Below, piece after piece: positions 59,770 to 64,000 of a stretch of DNA of 64,000 bases. The DNA is taken from positions 128,478 to 192,477 of the forward strand of contig CAVXNF010000008.1 in NCBI GenBank assembly GCA_963763075.1, given 5' to 3'. The DNA comes from an uncultured Chloroflexia bacterium (GTDB lineage Bacteria > Chloroflexota > Limnocylindria > Limnocylindrales > CSP1-4). Numbering within the stretch: position 1 is the stretch's first letter; every line of letters starts with the position of its first letter. Under the pieces are notes generated by a model that had not been told where the DNA came from, did no database searches, and saw only the letters and a program-made list of their open reading frames with translations. Position numbers and translations under genes: made by a program.

Positions 59770-60630
59770 CTACCGGCCGGCCGGCTCGCCGTAGAGGGCG
59801 CGGCGCGGGATCCCCGTTGCAGCCGCGACGCGCTTCGCGGCCTCGCCCCGCGGCACGCCGTCCGCGGTGAGCCGCTCGACCTCGGCCCGGGCCGCCACCA
59901 GCGCATCGTCCGCCGCGGCCGCCGCCTCGGTCCGTGCCCGCTCGCCGCTCCCCCACCCGACCACGACGACCAGCTCTCCGCGGGCGGGGATGGTGCCGTC
60001 GGCCGCCTGCGCCGCGAGCGCCCCGAGCGTCCCGCGGACGACCTGCTCGTGGAGCTTGGTCAGCTCGCGGCACACGGCGCCGGGCCGGTCGTCGCCGCAG
60101 GCCGCGGCGAGGTCACGCAGCGTGGCCGCGAGCCGCGTCGGCGCCTCGAACAGGATCGCGCCCCGCTCGTCCGCGGCGATCGCGGCCAGCCGTTCCCGTC
60201 GCTCCCGGCCGGTCCGGGGCAGGAACCCCTCGAACGACCAGCGGGGACCCGCGACGCCCGACGAGGCGACCGCGGCCAGCACCGCGGACGCGCCCGGGAG
60301 CGCGATCACCGTGCCGCCGGCCGCCGCCCAGGCCGCGACGAGGCCCTCGCCCGGGTCGGACACGACGGGCGTGCCGGCGTCGGTGACCAGCGCGAGGTCC
60401 GCCCCGCCCGCGAGGTGGGCGAGCAGCTCGCGCTCGCGGGCCGGGCCGCTCTGCGCGTGGTAGCTCACCGTGCGGGTCGGGATGTCGTACCGGTCGAGCA
60501 GCCGGCGCGAGATGCGGGTGTCCTCGGCCGCGATCAGCGGCACGGCCCGCAGCACCTCGAGCGCGCGGTGCGTGACGTCGCCGAGATTGCCGATCGGCGT
60601 CGCGACGACGTACAGCGTGCCGCCGGCCAC
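59770..60630 (-). CDS. rsmI: 16S rRNA (cytidine1402-2'-O)-methyltransferase RsmI (tetrapyrrole-methylase fold), intact
   Basis: Tail of ORF 59770..61617 in one frame: GTLYVVATPIGNLGDVTHRALEVLRAVPLIAAEDTR..TDAGTPVVSDPG..FEGFLP..ILFEAPTRL..CRELTKLHE. The GTG at 60630 lies 2 nt after the nadE stop. Confidence 0.85.
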   Translation of the reverse strand: MAGGTLYVVATPIGNLGDVTHRALEVLRAVPLIAAEDTRISRRLLDRYDIPTRTVSYHAQSGPARERELLAHLAGGADLALVTDAGTPVVSDPGEGLVAAWAAAGGTVIALPGASAVLAAVASSGVAGPRWSFEGFLPRTGRERRERLAAIAADERGAILFEAPTRLAATLRDLAAACGDDRPGAVCRELTKLHEQVVRGTLGALAAQAADGTIPARGELVVVVGWGSGERARTEAAAAADDALVAARAEVERLTADGVPRGEAAKRVAAATGIPRRALYGEPAGR

Positions 60631-60632
60631 GC

Positions 60633-62473
60633 TCAGGCGCGCGAGGAGCCGGGGCGGCGGCGGGGGTACAGGTAGTCGACGCCGGCGGTCCGCGGCCCGA
60701 GCTTCGCGATCGGCGGGACCTGGCGCTTGAACTCGGCGCCCGCGACCATCCGGTCGACCCGCTCGACCATCGCGCGGTCGTAGCCCAGCGCCACGACCTC
60801 GTCGACCGAGCGCCGCTTGTCGATCCGCCAGAACAGGAGCCGGTCGAGCTCGGGGTAGCTGAACCCGGCCTCGGTCTCGTCGGTCTGGCCCGGCCACAGG
60901 TCGGCGGACGGCGCCTTGCGGATGATCTGCTCCGGCACGCCGACCGCGGCCGACAGCTGCCGGACCTGGCTCTTGTACAGGTCGCCGACCGGGTTGAAGG
61001 CGCACGCCTGGTCGCCGAACAGCGTCGTGTAGCCGATCAGCGACTCGGTCTTGTTCCCCGTCCCGACGACGAGGCCGCGCCACGTGACCGACCGGTCGTA
61101 CAGGACGCTCATCCGCATCCGGGCCATGAAGTTGCCGCGGCGGAGCGGCGCCGCCTCGAGGCCCTCCGGTCCGGCCGCGCCCGGCGAGCCGTCGGCCCCG
61201 AAGTAGCCGTCGACCATCGCCGTGATCTCGACCAGCTCCGAGGAGCAGCCGAGCCGCCGGACCACCTCCTCGGCGTCCTCGCGCGACGCGGGCGAGGACG
61301 TCCGGTACGGCATCAGCACGCAGTGCAGCCGCTCGGCGCCGATCGCGTCCGCGGTGAGGTACGCGACGAGCGCCGAGTCGATGCCGCCCGAGAGGCCGAG
61401 CACCGCCCGCTCGAAGCCCGCCTGGCGCAGCTGGCCGCGGATGAAGTCCGCGATGATGCGCTGCGCGACGCGGGTGTCGATCGCGAGCTCCTCGGGCAGG
61501 ACGAACATGGCCGGGGCCGCCGCGCCGTCGCTCACCGGACCGGTGCCTCGTCGATCGCCACGTCGAAGCCGTCCGCGGCGCCTCGCTCCGCCGTCGAGTC
61601 GTCCGCGAGGCCTGCACGCTCGGCGACGAGCCGGCGCCACTCGCGGGCGACGAGCTCCGGCCGCTCGTCGCGCAGCAACGGCAGCGAGATGCGCTCGCGG
61701 CGCACCTCGGCGAGGTCGATGTCCGCGTAGAACAGGCCCTCGTCGAACAGCGGGGCGCTGAACACCGGGGCGCCGCTCGGCGAGATCACCTCGGACCCGC
61801 CCCAGAACGAGATCGACTCGTCCACGCCGACCCGGTTGCAGAACACGACGAACGAGGTCGTGAGCTGGGCGTACGTGCGCATCAGCGTCCGCCACGAGGT
61901 GGCCGTCCCGAGGCCCACCTCGTTCGTCGCCGCGAGGTCCCGTCCCGGCGACGAGGACACGTTGATCAGGATCTGCGCGCCGTCGTTCGCGAGCACCTGG
62001 GCCGTCGAGAGGTGCCAGAAGTCCTCGCACACCGCGAGCCCGACGCCGACGCCCAGCCGCGACGGCACGGCGCGGAGCATGTCGCCCGGGGCGAAGAAGC
62101 GCCGCTCGTCGAACAGGCCGTACGTCGGCAGGTGGACCTTGCGGTGGACGTGCCGCACCCGGCCGTCCTCGAGCAGCGCAACGGCGATGCACAGCCGGTG
62201 GTCGCCCGACTCCTCGACGAACGACACGACCGCTGACGGGCCGCCGGCGGTCTCCCGGGCGAGCGCCGCCAGCCGCGGGTCGTCGAGGCGCATCGCGACC
62301 TCGGAGGCGAGGTCCTGCAGCAGGTAGCCGGTCAGCCCCAGCTCGGGGAACACGACGAGCCCGGCGTCGTTCGCCCGCGCGTCGGCCAGGAGCTCGTGGT
62401 GCCGGGTGAGGTTGGCCTCGAGATCCCCGAGCGTCGGCGCGAGCTGGGCGAGGGCGATGCGGAGCGGCTGCAC
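60633..62473 (-). CDS. nadE: Glutamine-dependent NAD+ synthetase, one frameshift near 61540
   Basis: CN-hydrolase domain in ORF 61532..62473 ([18 protein letters not shown]..). Synthetase domain in the frame of 60633..63965 ([49 protein letters not shown]). Confidence 0.9.
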
Positions 62474-62482
62474 GCCCCCAGT

Positions 62483-63835
<1,353 letters not shown>

Positions 63836-63839
<4 letters not shown>

Positions 63840-64000
63840 CCCTCGTCCCCGTGGTGGTCGTGATGCTCGTGGCTGTGCTCGTGCTCGTGCTCCGGTCGCG
63901 CTCCTCGGCATGGTGGGTTCCCGCCTCGGCGGGCTCCGCGAGGTGCTCCGCCGTGATCGCCCCATCGGCGAGGGCCGCGTACGACGCGAGCTCGTCGAGC
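63836..64000 (-). CDS. C-terminal end of the upstream Opp/Nik-type ABC ATPase (OppD/NikD-like), partial, His-rich tail
   Basis: Hand translation: [35 protein letters not shown]. After one frame change it reads [19 protein letters not shown] followed by a stop. The TGA overlaps the next ATG (ATGA at 63836-63839). Confidence 0.55.

Noticed and set aside
63850-63900. gagcacgagcacgagcac tandem trinucleotide/hexanucleotide repeat
   Set aside because: It is simply the coding sequence of the (EH)n tail of the ABC ATPase, not an independent DNA repeat element or a CRISPR-like array.

Overview
Very GC-rich (by eye above 70% G+C), gene-dense bacterial chromosome segment. It has Actinomycetota-like hallmarks: a ligA/gatCAB neighbourhood, CIRCE-controlled groES-groEL, lipobox substrate-binding proteins with Ala/Pro/Ser/Glu linkers, many GTG/TTG starts and many 4-nt start/stop overlaps. 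Left to right it carries: a BMP-type nucleoside ABC importer; a small nucleoside / sulfur-amino-acid cluster (CoA-binding protein, nucleoside phosphorylase, Cys/Met PLP enzyme, unknown gene coupled to a PfkB kinase); gatB flanked by two small membrane proteins; a LacI - ABC importer - GH116 operon; two tandem paralogous secreted proteins; an aminotransferase; gatA-gatC; a polar amino-acid ABC importer; ligA; an FMN 2-hydroxyacid dehydrogenase; an ankyrin lipoprotein; pcrA; small membrane/lipid genes; groEL-groES; a decayed TatD paralog plus a truncated glycosyltransferase; tatD-metG; an NTF2-like gene plus a HAL-like lyase; a compact 11-gene pur operon (purA-D-B-C-S-Q-L-F-M-N-H); ssb; a CaCA exchanger; rsmI; nadE; and an Opp/Nik-type ABC ATPase pair. 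I saw no rRNA, tRNA, CRISPR, IS or phage genes. Main caveat: most long genes, including essential ones, are interrupted by frameshifts. They can only be read by hopping between ORF-track fragments, and the many 300-1300 aa Arg/Pro/Gly/Ala-rich ORFs are shadow or chimeric frames. All coordinates of frameshifted genes are reconstructions by eye. I found no convincing new multi-gene system. The best leads are the long structured leader upstream of purA, the tandem secreted paralogs with an unassigned C-terminal domain, the in-frame purN-purH junction, the HAL-like enzyme lacking the ASG triad, and the pattern of frame breaks itself.
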